NCBI RefSeq assembly: GCF_006345805.1
Contig: NW_021834210.1
Coordinates: 1-50,913 of the forward strand
Origin: Octopus sinensis
Lineage: Eukaryota
Length of the DNA: 50,913 nucleotides
Reading direction: 5' to 3'
How positions within the stretch are numbered: the first letter of the stretch is position 1; each line of letters starts with the position of its first letter. The notes under the pieces are model-generated. The model was not told where the DNA came from. It worked only from the letters and a program-made list of their open reading frames with translations, and searched no databases. Position numbers and translations under genes: made by a program. This document shows, piece after piece, positions 25,256-38,389 of this stretch.

Positions 25256-25340
<85 letters not shown>
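25221..25340 (+). repeat. (CT)n microsatellite
   Basis: Direct reading of the sequence. Confidence 0.95.
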
Positions 25341-25344
<4 letters not shown>

Positions 25345-25675
25345 AGTTAACTATAAATTGCATCCTCTATGTATTGGATTTGTCGAAGTTAGATCATGTA
25401 ATTTCAGATAAGCCACAATCTTCTTTCCAAATACGCTACAAGGCCAACGAAGTGTTTATGATGTAATGATGTCTGAAAGGGTCATCTGTTGCTATTTTGT
25501 GGAATCTCTTGCTTTCACCTTACTCCGATATTTATTATGGACATTGCTATGAGCCTGTTATAGTGCCCATGGACACGTGGGCAGTTTGTTGACGGAACTC
25601 ACCGGAGAAAGAGGAACTGAGAGTAAAGATGAGTCTCACTAAATGAGCGTGAATGGTAGTGCTTTGTAGTAAAGA

Positions 25676-25828
25676 TTGTTTGCCAACATAATATGGCCGT
25701 CCTGGTTTAGGACGAATGTTGCTGTAATTTAGCCCCAGGAGACATCGTCTCCAGCAGGCTATACGACACGATCTGTGTCCTTATATTTTCGAACAAGGGA
25801 ATCTAGCACCCCCACTCAGCTCAAAACA
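25676..25828 (-). mobile_element. Fragment of the hammerhead-palindrome family (see 43861); a second fragment lies at 26094-26205
   Basis: Near-identical to 43861-44012 (GTTGCTGTAATTTAGCCCCAGGAGACATCGTCTCCAGC...CAGCTCAAAACA). Confidence 0.85.
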
Positions 25829-25835
25829 CACACAC

Positions 25836-25919
<84 letters not shown>

Positions 25920-25976
25920 AGAAAATGGAGAGATAATTAATAATTTATTATTTATTAATTAAAAAATTGACAAACA

Positions 25977-26062
25977 TCTCTTACAGCTGTTTCATTTCAA
26001 GACTTTCAGGAAGTTAATTAATGAAATTAACAATTATTTGAAAGTCGAATCTCGACAGAGTA
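25977..26062 (-). ncRNA. Degenerate type I hammerhead motif
   Basis: Minus strand reads CTGTCGA-GATTC GACTTTCA..TGAAAGTC..GAAAT-GAAA-CAGCTG-T-A-AGAG. Helix III ACAGCTGT is palindromic; one core substitution. The element tail runs into (TA)n at 25872-25920. Confidence 0.5.
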
Positions 26063-26312
26063 GTTTAAGATATACAAAACAGGTGTTCGATTCCTGTAAT
26101 TTAGCCCCAGGAGACATCGTATCCAGCTGTCTATACGACACGATCTGTGTCCTTATATTTTCGAACAAGGGAATCTAGCACCCTCACTCAGCTCAAAACA
26201 ATATCGTAAGTTTCTTTTAAAATTACAGAATGTGCAATGGGTACAGATAGAAAAGCATTACCATTATGTAAGAGAACAGTCTTAGGGTTGTACAGAGCCA
26301 CATTGTGGCGAA

Positions 26313-26468
26313 AGAGTACGGCAGGGATCACCACCAACCCCTGCCGGAGCTTCGTGGAGCTTTAGGTGTTTTCGCTCAATAAACACTCACAACGCCCGGT
26401 CTGGGAATGGAAACCACGATCCTACAACCGCGCATTTGCTGCTCTAACCACTGGGCCATTGCGCCTTC
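26313..26468 (-). mobile_element. tRNA-derived SINE, family D, 5' part
   Basis: Reverse complement GGCGCAATGGCCCAGTGGTTAGAGCAG...GGTTTCCATTCCCAGACCGG. Homologous to 40402. Confidence 0.8.
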
Positions 26469-26843
26469 ACGTATAGTTATTATTAATATTTAATTGGTGG
26501 AAGTCATTCCAGGCAATCTATTACCTGTTGTAAATATCGAATGGGTTGAAATACTTATAAGATATATTAACTTAATGCTAGGGAACATAAAAATTATAAA
26601 ATAAAATCAAGAATAAGATAAAATAAAATAGAGTAAATAGTAAAAATAGATACGGTAACAATAAATAAATGAATAAAGACTTAAAATATAACCTTTCACC
26701 CCTTAAAAACATTTATTATTGAGCTAGATTAATAGAGATAAGGAACTATTGGATAAAAAGTTTTAAAATTCAGGTAAGCAGCGTTCCCTTCGTGAGGTAC
26801 GGGATGTAAATATGTTAAGAGGCTCATGTAAGAAGATATAGTA

Positions 26844-27363
26844 CCGTAAGTCCTTGAGTATAGTCCGCCATTGAGTATAATACGCAGGGGATTTTAGAGG
26901 GCTGTACCTCTGAAAAACCTAAACGCTGTGTATAATACGCACCCCTTCTCTAACTTGAGTTAAGGAGGTCTATATAACGTCCTTGGTTTCTAAAACTGTA
27001 TACGGTAACGTCCTTTATTATTATTGCATATATAACATAATGCAAACGTGTAACGTTTTGGGGCATTTTATTTGCAGAAAATACAGAAATAACAGTAATA
27101 ACAGTAATAACGTTTAATAAATGTTGCTTACTGCAAGTTATGGATGATTCTTTTATGACTTCATTGCTTTCAGGTTTAGCTTAAGGTATTTTCGCTCCCG
27201 ACATCACAAAATGCGTCTGAATAAACATTACCGGACAGCAAATAGAGACTCGGACATTGCTTAGAAAATAATTTTCATTTTTAACCTCGTATATAGAACG
27301 CACTAGAGATTTTGACCTTTAAATTTTGGGGAAAAAATGCGGATTATACACGAGGATTTACAG
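26844..27363. mobile_element. Non-autonomous Tc1/mariner-superfamily (Tc2/Kanga-like) MITE
   Basis: TIRs CCGTAAGTCCTTGAGTATAGTCCGC / GCGGATTATACACGAGGATTTACAG, a TA on both sides, and subterminal GTATAATACGCA repeats. Confidence 0.75.
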
Positions 27364-27376
27364 TATATAACATAAG

Positions 27377-27568
27377 TCGGCGAGCTGGCAGAAACTTTAG
27401 CACGCCTGGCGAAATGCGTCGCCGTATTTCGTCTGCTGTTACGTTCTGAGTTCAAATTCCTCCGAGGTCGAATTTGCCTTTCATCCTTTCGATGTAATCG
27501 ACTTAATCTGTTTGTCTGTCCTTGTTTGTCCTCTCTGTGTTTAGCTCCTTGTGGGTAGTAAAGAAATA
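27377..27568 (+). mobile_element. SINE-B monomer (small internal deletion)
   Basis: GGCGAGCTGGCAGAAAC...CTTGTGGGTAGTAAAGAAATA. Confidence 0.88.
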
Positions 27569-27679
27569 GGTAATAATAAGGGCTTAAATATGGGTCAGTT
27601 CAACAAGATGAATTAAAACTTATTAATAAAATTATTTAAATAGTTAAATATAATGCCCTCAAAACCGGAAGTAGATATT

Positions 27680-28795
27680 TAATATGGAGGTGAAGAGCTA
27701 AAGACCAGCTGAGAATAATCTAAATTAGGGACATACCAAAGCGAAACCAGGTAGAAATAAATATGTATTATTTAGAGTGAATTAGAATAGAGCTTCAGGT
27801 TTAATTCATATCGTACAATTAATATAGAGGTGAAGAACTAATGAAAAACTAGGAACAATCTAAATTAGGGACATACAGAAAATGAAACCCGATAAATTTA
27901 AACATATATTTTACGGTGAATTAGGAAATAGCTTAAATGTGTGGTTCTTATAATATAATTCAATATTAAAGCAAATAAAGATCATTATAATCATAAATGG
28001 ATAAGTTAATGGTTAGATATACCTTCTTGCAAGGAGATAAAAAAAACCGTAAATCATTATTGTACATGAAATAGCAATACGTCGAAAGAGAGAGTGGGGG
28101 GGGGTATACAGGAGAATCATAAAAGGAATTATTATGCTTGAAATATAGAAAATCAATAGAAAGACAGTCGGGGGTAGATAAGTTACTAGAAATCAAGCAA
28201 ATAATTAATAAAAAGGGGGTAGATGAATAATGTGCAGATCAGAGTCATAGCAAACATGTACAAGGTATGAAGTATAAATTATGCTAATTAATAAGTGAAG
28301 TAGGTTTTTAAAGTAAAAATAGTAAAGCAATCAACTAAGAGATAGGAAGAAAACTATAAAATATAAATTATTTAATTAATTAAAGGCAGGGAGATATAGT
28401 ATGTTAGGAGATAGGTAAAAGTAAATTGCAATTATAGTATGTATATATATATAGGTGGAGATAGGACCAAATATGGAAAATCAATAGAAAAAATAGTCAA
28501 AGGGAGGTAATAGATAAGTTACTAGAAAGCAAAACAAATAAAAATAATAGTAAAGGGCGTAGATAAATAATGCGCAGGTAAGAGTCTTAGGAGAAGTGTG
28601 CAAGGTATGAAGTGAAAATACTATACTAAATGGTAGGTTGAGTGGATTTTTAACTAAAAAATATTAAAGCATTCTACGAAGAATTGGAAGAAAACTAAAG
28701 AAAGTAAGATATTTAACTAAATAAAGGCTGAAAGATAGAGAAAGTAATAGTGAGTGTGTTAGGAGACAGGTATAAGTAAACTGTAATTATTGTGT
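27680..28795. repeat. Old diverged tandem duplications (~140-bp and ~330-bp units) in AT-rich DNA
   Basis: 27680-27800 resembles 27820-27935 (AATCTAAATTAGGGACATAC shared). 28140-28440 resembles 28470-28795 (TAGATAAGTTACTAGAAA and CAAGGTATGAAGT shared). Confidence 0.7.
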
Positions 28796-28799
28796 GTAT

Positions 28800-29755
28800 A
28801 AAAGTACTGAAACTTGAAACAAGAATGCGGACATATCTCCATGGTGATAGATTATCTGGACAGTTTGCTCCAGACTTATTAATATTGAGACAAAGAAGAG
28901 TACCTATAGACAATGAAAATACAATAGATCTATCGTCTATTTGCATTATGGTAAAATCGAAAGAAGAACGTATCAACAAAGTCTTCCCAAATCTCAATGC
29001 TCATTATAAGGATCACAGTGAGGAATATAACAGTGAATGCAATAAACTTTGATCTTCTAATTTGCCTTCCTAATATTTACCAATCATACTAATTGTCACA
29101 GTTGGTGCTCAATGAGAATTAGTAAACTGTACGGTCGAGATTTTAAATTCACTGAAACGACCGTTTTTACCCCCTCATTAGCTTGACATGAAACTTGGAG
29201 TACCGGTAATATTTCTAAGAAATTTAGATCCTTCAAATTTATACAATAGAAGACAATTTACTGTGAAGAAAATGATGCTGTCTGTTATAGAAGCTACTGT
29301 ACTCTCTGGATGTGGAGAAGAATTCCGTTAACACCTACTGGTTTACAAATAGAGTTTAAACGAGTAGAGTTTCCAGTTTTATAATAGCCATCAGCAAATC
29401 TCAGGGATACACATTATCAGTAAATGCTTTGCAATTAGGGGAGTCTTGTTTCTCCCTTGGACAATCGTCTGTTGAAGGCTCAATTGCGGTAAGTGCGAAA
29501 CAATTATTTGTATTTATACTCCATTGTATAAATGGAAAAACTTATAATGTCTGTAAAGAAGTTGTATCCTAATTTTCTTTTTTTATGTGTTTTCTGTTTC
29601 TCGTTTATCCTTGTTGATGATCTCACACAAATGTTATTACGACAGTAATGTTAGAATCACTAATCACCATAAGTATTAAGGAAGTATATCAAGTTTAGAA
29701 AAGTGAAGTCTCATTCTTTTTCTTTAACCCGGACAACGCCGGGTACTTCTGCTAG
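28800..29755 (+). mobile_element. Helitron 3' fragment: decayed PIF1-type helicase + terminal hairpin + CTAG
   Basis: MRTYLHGD..FA..LL..INKVFPN, LPPH*LDMKLGVPVIFLRNLDP..VIEATVLSG, FKRVEFPV, ISKSQG..CFSLGQ. Hairpin ACCCGG-ACAACG-CCGGGT at 29727-29744, then CTAG at 29752-29755. Confidence 0.88.
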
Positions 29756-29867
29756 CATTATATATATATATATTATATATATATATATATATATATCCAA
29801 TAATCTGGGCTTCATTGCTCCCGAAAGAGTAACTCCTCCCGGCCTCCATCCACAATGGTCTGTTTCA

Positions 29868-31010
29868 ATGAAAACTGGAACGTACGCAAGAACTCTCTCC
29901 TCAGACCATCAGATCATCACATCGCTGAGCTCGAAGAGGAGTGATCAAAGATCGATTTTCATATAATTGGAATTAGTGAGATGAGAAAGCAGGGAGAAGG
30001 TTGCATCATGATCAGTCATAACAACCACAAAATATACAACAACCGGCGATGTTACAAACTTCAGGAGCAATCGAATAGAGTGGTGCAACTTACCATCAAA
30101 ACTAATGGTAACTGCCACCTCAACATCGTTCAAGTATTCCTGCCAACTACAAGTCCTTCGAATGAAAGGAGTCGAGGTCGTGTATGCAGGCGTAGAGAAC
30201 CTCTTCACGAGCCAAAACTTACATTGCAACATCATCAAAGGGACTTCAATTCTAAAGTAGGATGGGCAAACCAGGTGAGTTGATCACTGATTACTTTGGG
30301 TTTGGTATCAGGAACAGCAGAGATGATTCATTTATCAACTTCAGCGAGAGATATCGGCTAAAGGTCATGAACAAGTTCTTCAAGAAGATCTGCAGACGAT
30401 GGATATGGATTGCAGCCAATGGTATTATGAAGAATAAGATCGATTACATTCTAACGGATAAGTCACAGATGTTTCAAGATGTCTTAATATTACCGCCTAC
30501 TACGCGCTTCAGTCACCATCAACACGAAGCTGGAACAGGCTAGACTAACCAAATACTCAAAGAAGCCAAATTCTGTGGTGCTAGCGGCAAATGCGACTCA
30601 ATTCCAGCTACGACTTAGCAACAGTTTTGAAACCTTGGGACAACATCACACCGACAATGACTTCAGTATCTCTTCAGAAAGAAACACTACCACTATGATG
30701 GATACATCTGTAATGGCGGCCGGAAGTAATAAACCACCCAAAATGGACAAGACGTCTTCAGAAACCAAACAGCTCACAGAGAAGCGATGGCAAATGAAGA
30801 GAAGAGGGACAAGAATTGGGAACACCGAATGTGTTTTAACCTGTAAAATAATCAGCCGCTGCATGAAAGAAGACATCGGAAAATATGAAGACAGCTAAAA
30901 GATCTCAAAGAGAACAGAGGTCTGAAGTGTGGCAAGAGAAAGCAATACTTGGGACATAATTATTATCAGTGACCTTATCAGGCTTATCAAACGATGTGAG
31001 GAATTCTGAA
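29868..31010 (+). mobile_element. RTE-type LINE, decayed APE endonuclease region
   Basis: GTYARTL, IIGISEMRKQGEG, NIVQVFLPT, DFNSKVG, FGFGIRNSR, MNKFFKK..RWIW..NKIDYIL, spread across frameshifts. Confidence 0.8.
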
Positions 31011-31097
31011 GAAAGCTGTATTACACCAGACGGCATCACGACCATCCATTCTCCAATAACACAACTTCATATTTGTGTATATATATATGTGTGTGTA

Positions 31098-31130
<33 letters not shown>

Positions 31131-31399
31131 ATGTGCGTGTGTGTGTGTGTGTATGTATGTATGCATGTATGTGTGTATGTATGTATGTATGTATGTATGT
31201 ATGTATGTATGTATGTATGTATGTATGTATGTATGTATGTATGTATGTATGTATGTATATATGTGTATGTGTGTGTGTGTTTAGCCCGACCTCACCGCTT
31301 GACAACTATTTCTAGGAAATTATAGCAGTTGCATTCTTTAAGAATAGTTTAAGTAAAACAGCAATTGTTAATATTTCACTTAAGGTTGTGATTTTAGGG

Positions 31400-31586
31400 T
31401 AGGGGTCACCAAAGGGATGATATTGATCCCTGGAAGGGGGAGCACGGGACTATTCAAGGGGTCGATAAATGCACATCTAGTTGATTATTCTTATTATTCA
31501 TTTATTTTCTTGTACATGACTGGAGGTCGATGAGGGGGTCAAGGATTCCATGAAGCGGTCGATGTTTTATAGTTTGGGGAGCCATG
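31400..31586. mobile_element. hAT (Charlie-like) MITE
   Basis: Imperfect TIRs TAGGGGTCACCAAA / TTTGGGGAGCCATG. 8-bp TSD TTTTAGGG (31392-31399) / CTTTAGGG (31587-31594). Confidence 0.65.
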
Positions 31587-31769
31587 CTTTAGGGCGATGA
31601 TGAGACAACAAATGAGCGTCTACGTGGTCACAGGATTTACAAGAAATAGTCACGAAATTTTCCCCCAAACAACGCTCATTTAGAAAGGAAGGACATTTTC
31701 AATTGTGCATCCTGGACAGATTACGTGTTTATGAGATGAAGTGATCATAGTTGGAACTCTTTCTACATA

Positions 31770-32440
31770 GGCATAGGAGTGACTGTGTGGTAAGTAGCTT
31801 GCTTACGAACCGCATGGTTCAGAGTTCAGCCCCACTGTGTGGAACCTTGGGCAAGTGTCTTCTACTCTAGCCTCGGGCCGACCAAAGTCTTGTGAGTGAA
31901 TTTGGTAGACAGAAACTGAAAGAAGCCCGTCGTATATATGTATATGTATGTATATATGTGTGTATATCTTTGTGTATCTTTGTTTGTCCCCCAACATCGC
32001 TTGACAACCTATTTCTTTACTACCCACAAGGGGCTAAACACAGAGAGGACAAACAAGGACAGACAAACGGATTAAGTCGATTATATCGACCCCAGTGCGT
32101 AACTAGTACTTAATTTATCGACCCCGAAAGGATGAAAGGCAAAGTCGACCTCGGCGGAATTCGAACTCAGAACGTAACGGCTGACGAAATACCACGAAGC
32201 ATTTCGCCCGGCGTTCTAACGTTTCTGCCAGCTCGCCGCCTTATACATAACATCACTTGACAACCGATGCTGGTGTGCTTACGTCGCTGTAACTTAGCGG
32301 TTCGTCAACACAGACCGATAGAGTAAGTACTCGCCTTACAAAGAATGTCCTGGGGTCGATTTGCACGACTAAAGGCGGTGCTCCAGCATGGCCACAATCA
32401 AATGACTGAAACAAGTAAAAGAGTAAAGAGTAAAGAGTGT
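31770..32440 (+). mobile_element. SINE-A interrupted by a SINE-B insertion
   Basis: SINE-A 5' half at 31770-32009 and 3' half at 32249-32440. Confidence 0.88.
32010..32242 (-). mobile_element. SINE-B monomer nested in SINE-A with a 17-bp TSD
   Basis: TSD AACATCGCTTGACAACC (31993-32009) / AACATCACTTGACAACC (32249-32265). Confidence 0.92.
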
Positions 32441-32735
32441 AGGACAGCTCGAAGAGATCTCGTCTGGTGTTATACAATAGCATTGTCATTGAAGATCAAG
32501 CCCAGCTCTCTTTCAAAGGAGAAGATTTATTGAACAATAGATTTCTTATACGCAATATCTAAAGACATAAAAACAAATGGTGTGAGCACGGCTGGAGCGA
32601 CTTTAATAATGTGCATGTTAGAGTGAAACAAATACGATAACAGATACTTTTAATTTTGACAGAAGATATCTACGAAAACGCGTGTGCACGTTTGAGTATC
32701 AATATCAGTAACAATATATATATATAAAAACATAG

Positions 32736-33085
32736 ACGCAGGCGTGGCTGTGTGGTAAGAAGCTTGCTTTCCGACCACATGGTCTGGGTTTCAGTCCCAC
32801 AGCGTGGTACCTTGGGCGAGTGCCTTCTACTTTAGCCTCGGACCGATGGAAACTGAAATAAGCTCGACGTGTATATATATGTGCGTCTGTCTGTGTGTGT
32901 TGTGTGTGTGTGTGTGTGTGTGTATGTGTGTGTGTGTGTGTGTTTATTCCCCAACACTGCTTAACAGCCGGTGTTATGTATACTTCCCCATAACTTAGCT
33001 GTTCGTCATGGGGTTGATTCATTCGACTGAAAACTCTCCAAGGTAGTGCCCCAGCATGGCCGCAACCTAAACAATGAGACAATTA
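32736..33085 (+). mobile_element. SINE-A, diverged
   Basis: GCAGGCGTGGCTGTGTGGTAAGAAGCTTGC...GTGCCCCAGCATGGCCGCA. Confidence 0.8.
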
Positions 33086-33482
33086 AATACTAAAAGACAG
33101 AGGAAAACTATCACTTAATGTATCCTCTATCAACATCACAGCTACCAATAGTTTCCTGCAATTGTTTTAGCGCTTATTTTAATATTGTGTACATCAAATG
33201 ATATTAATCTCTCACTTGATGGAGTATCTTTACAAGTTTCTGTCATAGGGCTACGGCTATGCTGGAGCACTACCTTGAAGCGTTTAGTCGAACAATTTGA
33301 TAGCAATACTTAATATTTAAGTTTAGTACGTATTCTGTCGTCACTTTTTTGCTGAACCGCATAGTTAAACGGAGAGAAACAAGCAATCACTACCAATCGT
33401 GAAATGAGTATGTGTGTGTATGTATGTATATATATATATATATATTATATAATATATATATAATATACATATATACATACAT

Positions 33483-33514
<32 letters not shown>

Positions 33515-33548
33515 GATATATATATATATAATATATATATATATGTAT

Positions 33549-33625
<77 letters not shown>

Positions 33626-33682
33626 ATATATATATTATACACATACATACATACACACACAGCGCGCGCACACATACATACT

Positions 33683-33850
33683 CATTTGACTGCGGCCATG
33701 CTGGAGCACCGCCTTTAGTTGAGCAAATCGATCCCAGGACTTATTCTTTGTAAGCCTAGTTCTTATTCTGTTGGTCTCTTTTGCCAAACCGCTAAGTTTT
33801 GGATATGTAAACACACCAGCATCGGTTGTAAAGCGATGTTGGAGGGACAC
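33683..33850 (-). mobile_element. SINE-A 3' half (further minus-strand pieces at 33240-33390, 34480-34590, 38075-38195, 40142-40300, 50870-50913)
   Basis: CATTTGACTGCGGCCATGCTGGAGCACCGCCTTTAG is the reverse complement of the SINE-A tail. Confidence 0.8.
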
Positions 33851-34018
33851 ACACATACACACAAACAAACAAACACACACACACACACACACACATATAA
33901 AAGAAGAAAAAGGAAATGAAGATAGGGAAGTTAATAATTGTTTGTTGTTACTAATAAACAATTATTAACTTTCGAATTTCCATTTTTTCTTCTTTTATAT
34001 GAATATAAAAATATATGT

Positions 34019-34049
<31 letters not shown>

Positions 34050-34155
34050 TATATATAGAATAGATAATATATATATATATATATTATACATACATATAAT
34101 ATACATATATACATAAATATATATCTATATATATATATATATTATAACATACATA

Positions 34156-34186
<31 letters not shown>

Positions 34187-34197
34187 ATATTATATAT

Positions 34198-34232
<35 letters not shown>

Positions 34233-35439
34233 TAGATATATAGACATAGATATATATATAATATACATATACTATATATATATATAGATTTATATATATA
34301 ATTATATATATATAATATATATATATACTATACATATACCTAATATAATATATATATATATATATAATATATATATGTCATATGTATATGTAAATATGTA
34401 TTTATGCATATAATATATATACATATATATACACAAACCAACACACACACCACACACACATATATATGCTTTTAAGTATATAAGGCGGGCTTCTTTCTGC
34501 TCTCATCTACCAAATAAACTCACAAGTCTTTTAAGAGCACACACCTGTTGTAGAAGACACCTGTCCAAGGTGCCACAAAGCGAGGCTAAACCTGAAATTT
34601 CTCAATTTATATTTTCAACTTATTCAATCGATCACGTTTTCGTAGCTATTTTTGTAAGAGAATCTAATCAAACCCCAATAAGAAGGCCAATATATTACAT
34701 ATAAACGTGTGTGTATGTGTGTGTGTGGAGAAAGAGAGAGAGGGAGAGAGAGAAAGAGAGAAACAGAGAGAGAGAGAGAGAAAAGAAGTATTTCAGCAAC
34801 AGCCTATCCGTAAGAAGTTTCATTAAATGCAAGGGAGGTTACTCTCAGAAACAATTTATAAAGGGAAGTAACTTGATAGGACATTTGTAAGTTGCTTCCC
34901 TTGATAATTACATTAGCTTTTCTTTGACATTGTTTCCCCTTTACAATTGCTTGAGTTAATTCCCTTGGCAATTCTTTTTTTTTTTGTACACAAAAGCTTC
35001 AAGTTTTAAGGCGTTGGAGAATTTCTTTAAAAGGTAAACATTTTGCCACCTCCTAAAGGATAAGCAGCAAAGAGCGATCTTGGCACAATTTGAAGCAAGC
35101 ATATAAAGCCGAAATTTATACGGCTAAGTACTTCATCCGGTGTGCTATCGATCCACCGGCTGGTCGCCTTCTTAGCAATCGTAAATAAAAATGAATTTTC
35201 TTATAGATATAGGTACATTTACAAGATTTACAGAGGCACTGATCACAACTTAAATTAAAATTAATAATTAAATGATAAACACCAAACAATTTGTGACTCT
35301 TTCTTTTTTATTAAAAATAATCTTCACGTAATTCCAGGTTCTTTGACACTGAGAAATATTTAGGGTGAATGTCTTGTACATTATTTATATCTATGGGTAA
35401 CTGACTGGTTAGAAGCTTGTGGGGTGGGGCGTGGGTGGG

Positions 35440-36870
35440 TGTGTAAATATATATGTAACATATATTCGTATATAACGGGCTTCTGCACAATTTTGTGTAT
35501 GTGTGTGTGTCTGTGTGTGTGTGCGTGTGTGTAAATATATAGTAACATATATTCATTATATAACGGGCTTCTGACAATTTGTGTATGTGTGTGTGTCTGT
35601 GTGTGTGTGCGTGGTGTTAAATGTATATGTAATATATATTCTATAACGGGCTTCTGCACAATTTTGTGTATGTGTGTGCGTGTGTGTAAATATATATGTA
35701 ACTATATTGTATAACGGGCTTCTGCACAATTTTGTGTCTGTGTGTGTGTCTGTGTGTTGTGCGTGTGTAAAAATATATATGTAACATATATTCGTATATA
35801 ACGGGCTTCTGCACAATTTTGTGTATGTGTGTGTGTCTGTGTGTGTGTGCGTGCGTGTAAATGTATATGTAACATATATTCGTATATAACGGGCTTCTGC
35901 ACAATTTTGTGTATGTGTGTGTGCTGTGTGTGTGTGTGCCGTGTGTGTAAATAATAGTAACATATATCGTATATACGGGCTTCTGCACCAAATTTGTGTA
36001 TGTGTGTGTGTGTGTGTGTGTGCGTGCGTGTAAATATATATGTAACATATATTCGTATATAACGGCGCTTCTGCACAATTTTGTGTATGTGTGTGTGTCT
36101 GTGTGTGTGTGCGTGCGTGTAAATGTATATGTAATATATCGTATATAACGGGCTTCTGCACAATTTTGTGTATGTGTGGTGTATGTGTGTGTGTGCGTGC
36201 GTGTAAATATATATGTAACATATATTCGTATATAACGGGCTTCTGCACAATTTTGTGTATGTGTTGTGTCTGTGTGTGTGCGTGTGTGTAAATGTATATG
36301 TAACATATATTCGTATATAAAGGGCTTCTGCACAATTTTGTGTATGTGTTGGTGTGTCTGTGTGTGTGTGCGTGCGTGTAAATAGATATGTACATAATTC
36401 GTATATAACGGGCTTCTGCACAATTTTGTGTATGTGTGGTCTGTGTGTGTGTGCGTGCGTGTAAATGTATATGTAACATATATTCGTATATAACGGGCTT
36501 CTGCACAATTTTGTGTATGTGTGTGTGTCTGTGTGTGTGTGCGTGCGTGTAAATATATATGTAACATATATTCGTATATAACGGGCTTCTGCACAATTTT
36601 GTGTATGTGTGTGTGTCTGTGTGTGTGTGCGTGTGTGTAAATGTATATGTAACATATATTCGTATATAACGGGCTTCTGCACAATTTTGTGTATGTGTGT
36701 GTGTCTGTGTGTGTGTGCGTGTGTGTAAATATATATGTAACATATATTCGTATATAACGGGCTTTTGCACAATTTTGTGTGTGCATCCGTGTATATATGT
36801 GTGTGTGTGTAAATGTGTAAATATATATGTAACATAGTCATATATAACGGGCTTCTGCACAATTTTGTGT
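35440..36870 (+). repeat. Tandem satellite, ~87-bp unit, ~17 copies
   Basis: Unit GTAAATATATATGTAACATATATTCGTATATAACGGGCTTCTGCACAATTTTGTGTAT(GT)n. The ACGGGCTTC core recurs from ~35475 to ~36850. Confidence 0.95.
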
Positions 36871-37324
36871 TTGCGTGTGTGTGTTTGCGTCTATGTGTGT
36901 GCGTGTGTGCGTGTGTGCGTGTGTACGTGTGCGTGCATGTGTGTGTGAGTGCCTTTGTGTGTTCGTGTATATGTGTGTGTGTGTGTGCGGGCTGTGGGGG
37001 TGGTGCGTGTTTGCCTGTGTGTTGATATTAAATCAAGACTAGGAAACCTCTATGCGATCGTCTGGTCGTTCCAGGAGCTGAACAACAAAACCAAATATGA
37101 TCGGTTCTGAGAAGATATTCTTCAAAAAAGAAATCAATTTACTTTTCGAGAATCGGTAGAGCATCGAATAGACGGGTTCTCAGTTTTTGTTCCACTCTCT
37201 GCACTCTCAGTTCGATCCTCACCGAGGTCATCTTTACCTTTCGTCATTTCAGTATTGTTACAAATAAAGTGACTGAAAGTGTAAGAACGACAAACAGAAC
37301 ACTACACGATATTTATTTATTTAC

Positions 37325-37466
37325 TTTATTTACATTTGATGGATATTTGTCCTCGTCTTGTTTGTTGTTAACACGTTTCAGCTTTCATCAGGTGTCTTGG
37401 GGAAATCTCGAACCTGGGTCTTCATTCCTAAGGTATTTTTCGATGTTGTTGTTGTTGTTATTATCA

Positions 37467-37538
<72 letters not shown>

Positions 37539-37605
37539 TCACGGCTTGGAATCGAACTCGGAATCTTGTGGTTAGTAGCCCGCGCTCTTAACCACTACGC
37601 CATAT
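37325..37605 (-). mobile_element. Element with tRNA-like head + (AAT)n + hammerhead-bearing tail
   Basis: Minus strand: TGGCGTAGTGG (A box)..GAGTTCGATTCC (B box), GTGACCTGAA(TAA)n, then ACAC-CTGATGA-AAGCT-GAAACGTGTT and a tail shared with 38496-38690. Confidence 0.8.
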
Positions 37606-37974
37606 ACTACAGGCATTCCTTCTGCTTTAATTTCAAATCCCGCCGGTGTCAGCTTTGCCTTTAATTTACGGTCAATAAAAAATAACTAATCGCTGGCAGA
37701 GGATTAACAGACCAGGTTCTTTGCGATTTTTTTTTCGAGTCCCCTACATTCTGAGTTCAAATCATGGCCTGCTCGAGTAGTAGAGTTGACCCATCACTAG
37801 GCTGAATGCCACCACCGGGTGTTTTGTGAGACTCAGGGTTAGGTTTCTGGTTTGAGAATGCATTTCCTCTCTTCTACCCACCAGTTTACACATCCCTGTA
37901 ACGGGTCATGGGTACGGCCTTCCCCCTCCATTAAATCAAAATGTAATGTACAACTTTCTTTCTTCGAACCAGTG

Positions 37975-38070
37975 GAGGTGCATGGCTCGGTAGTTAGGAT
38001 ACTCGGCTCACAATCGGAGGGTTGTGAGTTCGATTCCCGCCGGCATGTTGAGCAAGCCACTTTATTTCAC
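37975..38070 (+). mobile_element. SINE-C 5' fragment
   Basis: TGGCTCGGTAG...GTGAGTTCGATTCCCG...TTGAGCAAGCCACTTTATTTCAC. Confidence 0.7.
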
Positions 38071-38389
38071 ATATGCGAGTCTTTCACACAGTTTCGCGGG
38101 GTTATAGTAGAAAACACTCGTCCAAAGTGCCGAGCAGTGGGATTGAACCCGAAACTACGTAATTGCAAAGCGAGCTGCTTAATCACCCGGCCATGCAAAA
38201 GTTAATAAATACCAAACGACTTTACGGACAGGAAATCAATCCTTAGTCTTCTATGTGACAGACAGGTACTTCTGTACCACCTAGAAGTTTTCTCGTGCAA
38301 GTTTTCCCTTGTTTCAACAGGCGTATAGTAAAATGTATTCCATCCGTGACCCTTTCATCTATTTCTTTGGATCAACGATATCTCGTATA

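Noticed and set aside
35556-36862. 380-434 aa His/Thr/Tyr-rich ORFs in three frames; superficially CRISPR-like periodicity
   Set aside because: Tandem satellite. The intervening segments are near-identical microsatellite rather than unique spacers, the context is eukaryotic, and there are no cas genes.
37537-37605. Functional tRNA gene (also the heads at 10420, 39803 and 26400)
   Set aside because: A/B boxes are present, but there is no proper acceptor stem or full cloverleaf, and each is fused to a repeat body, so these are SINE-type heads.
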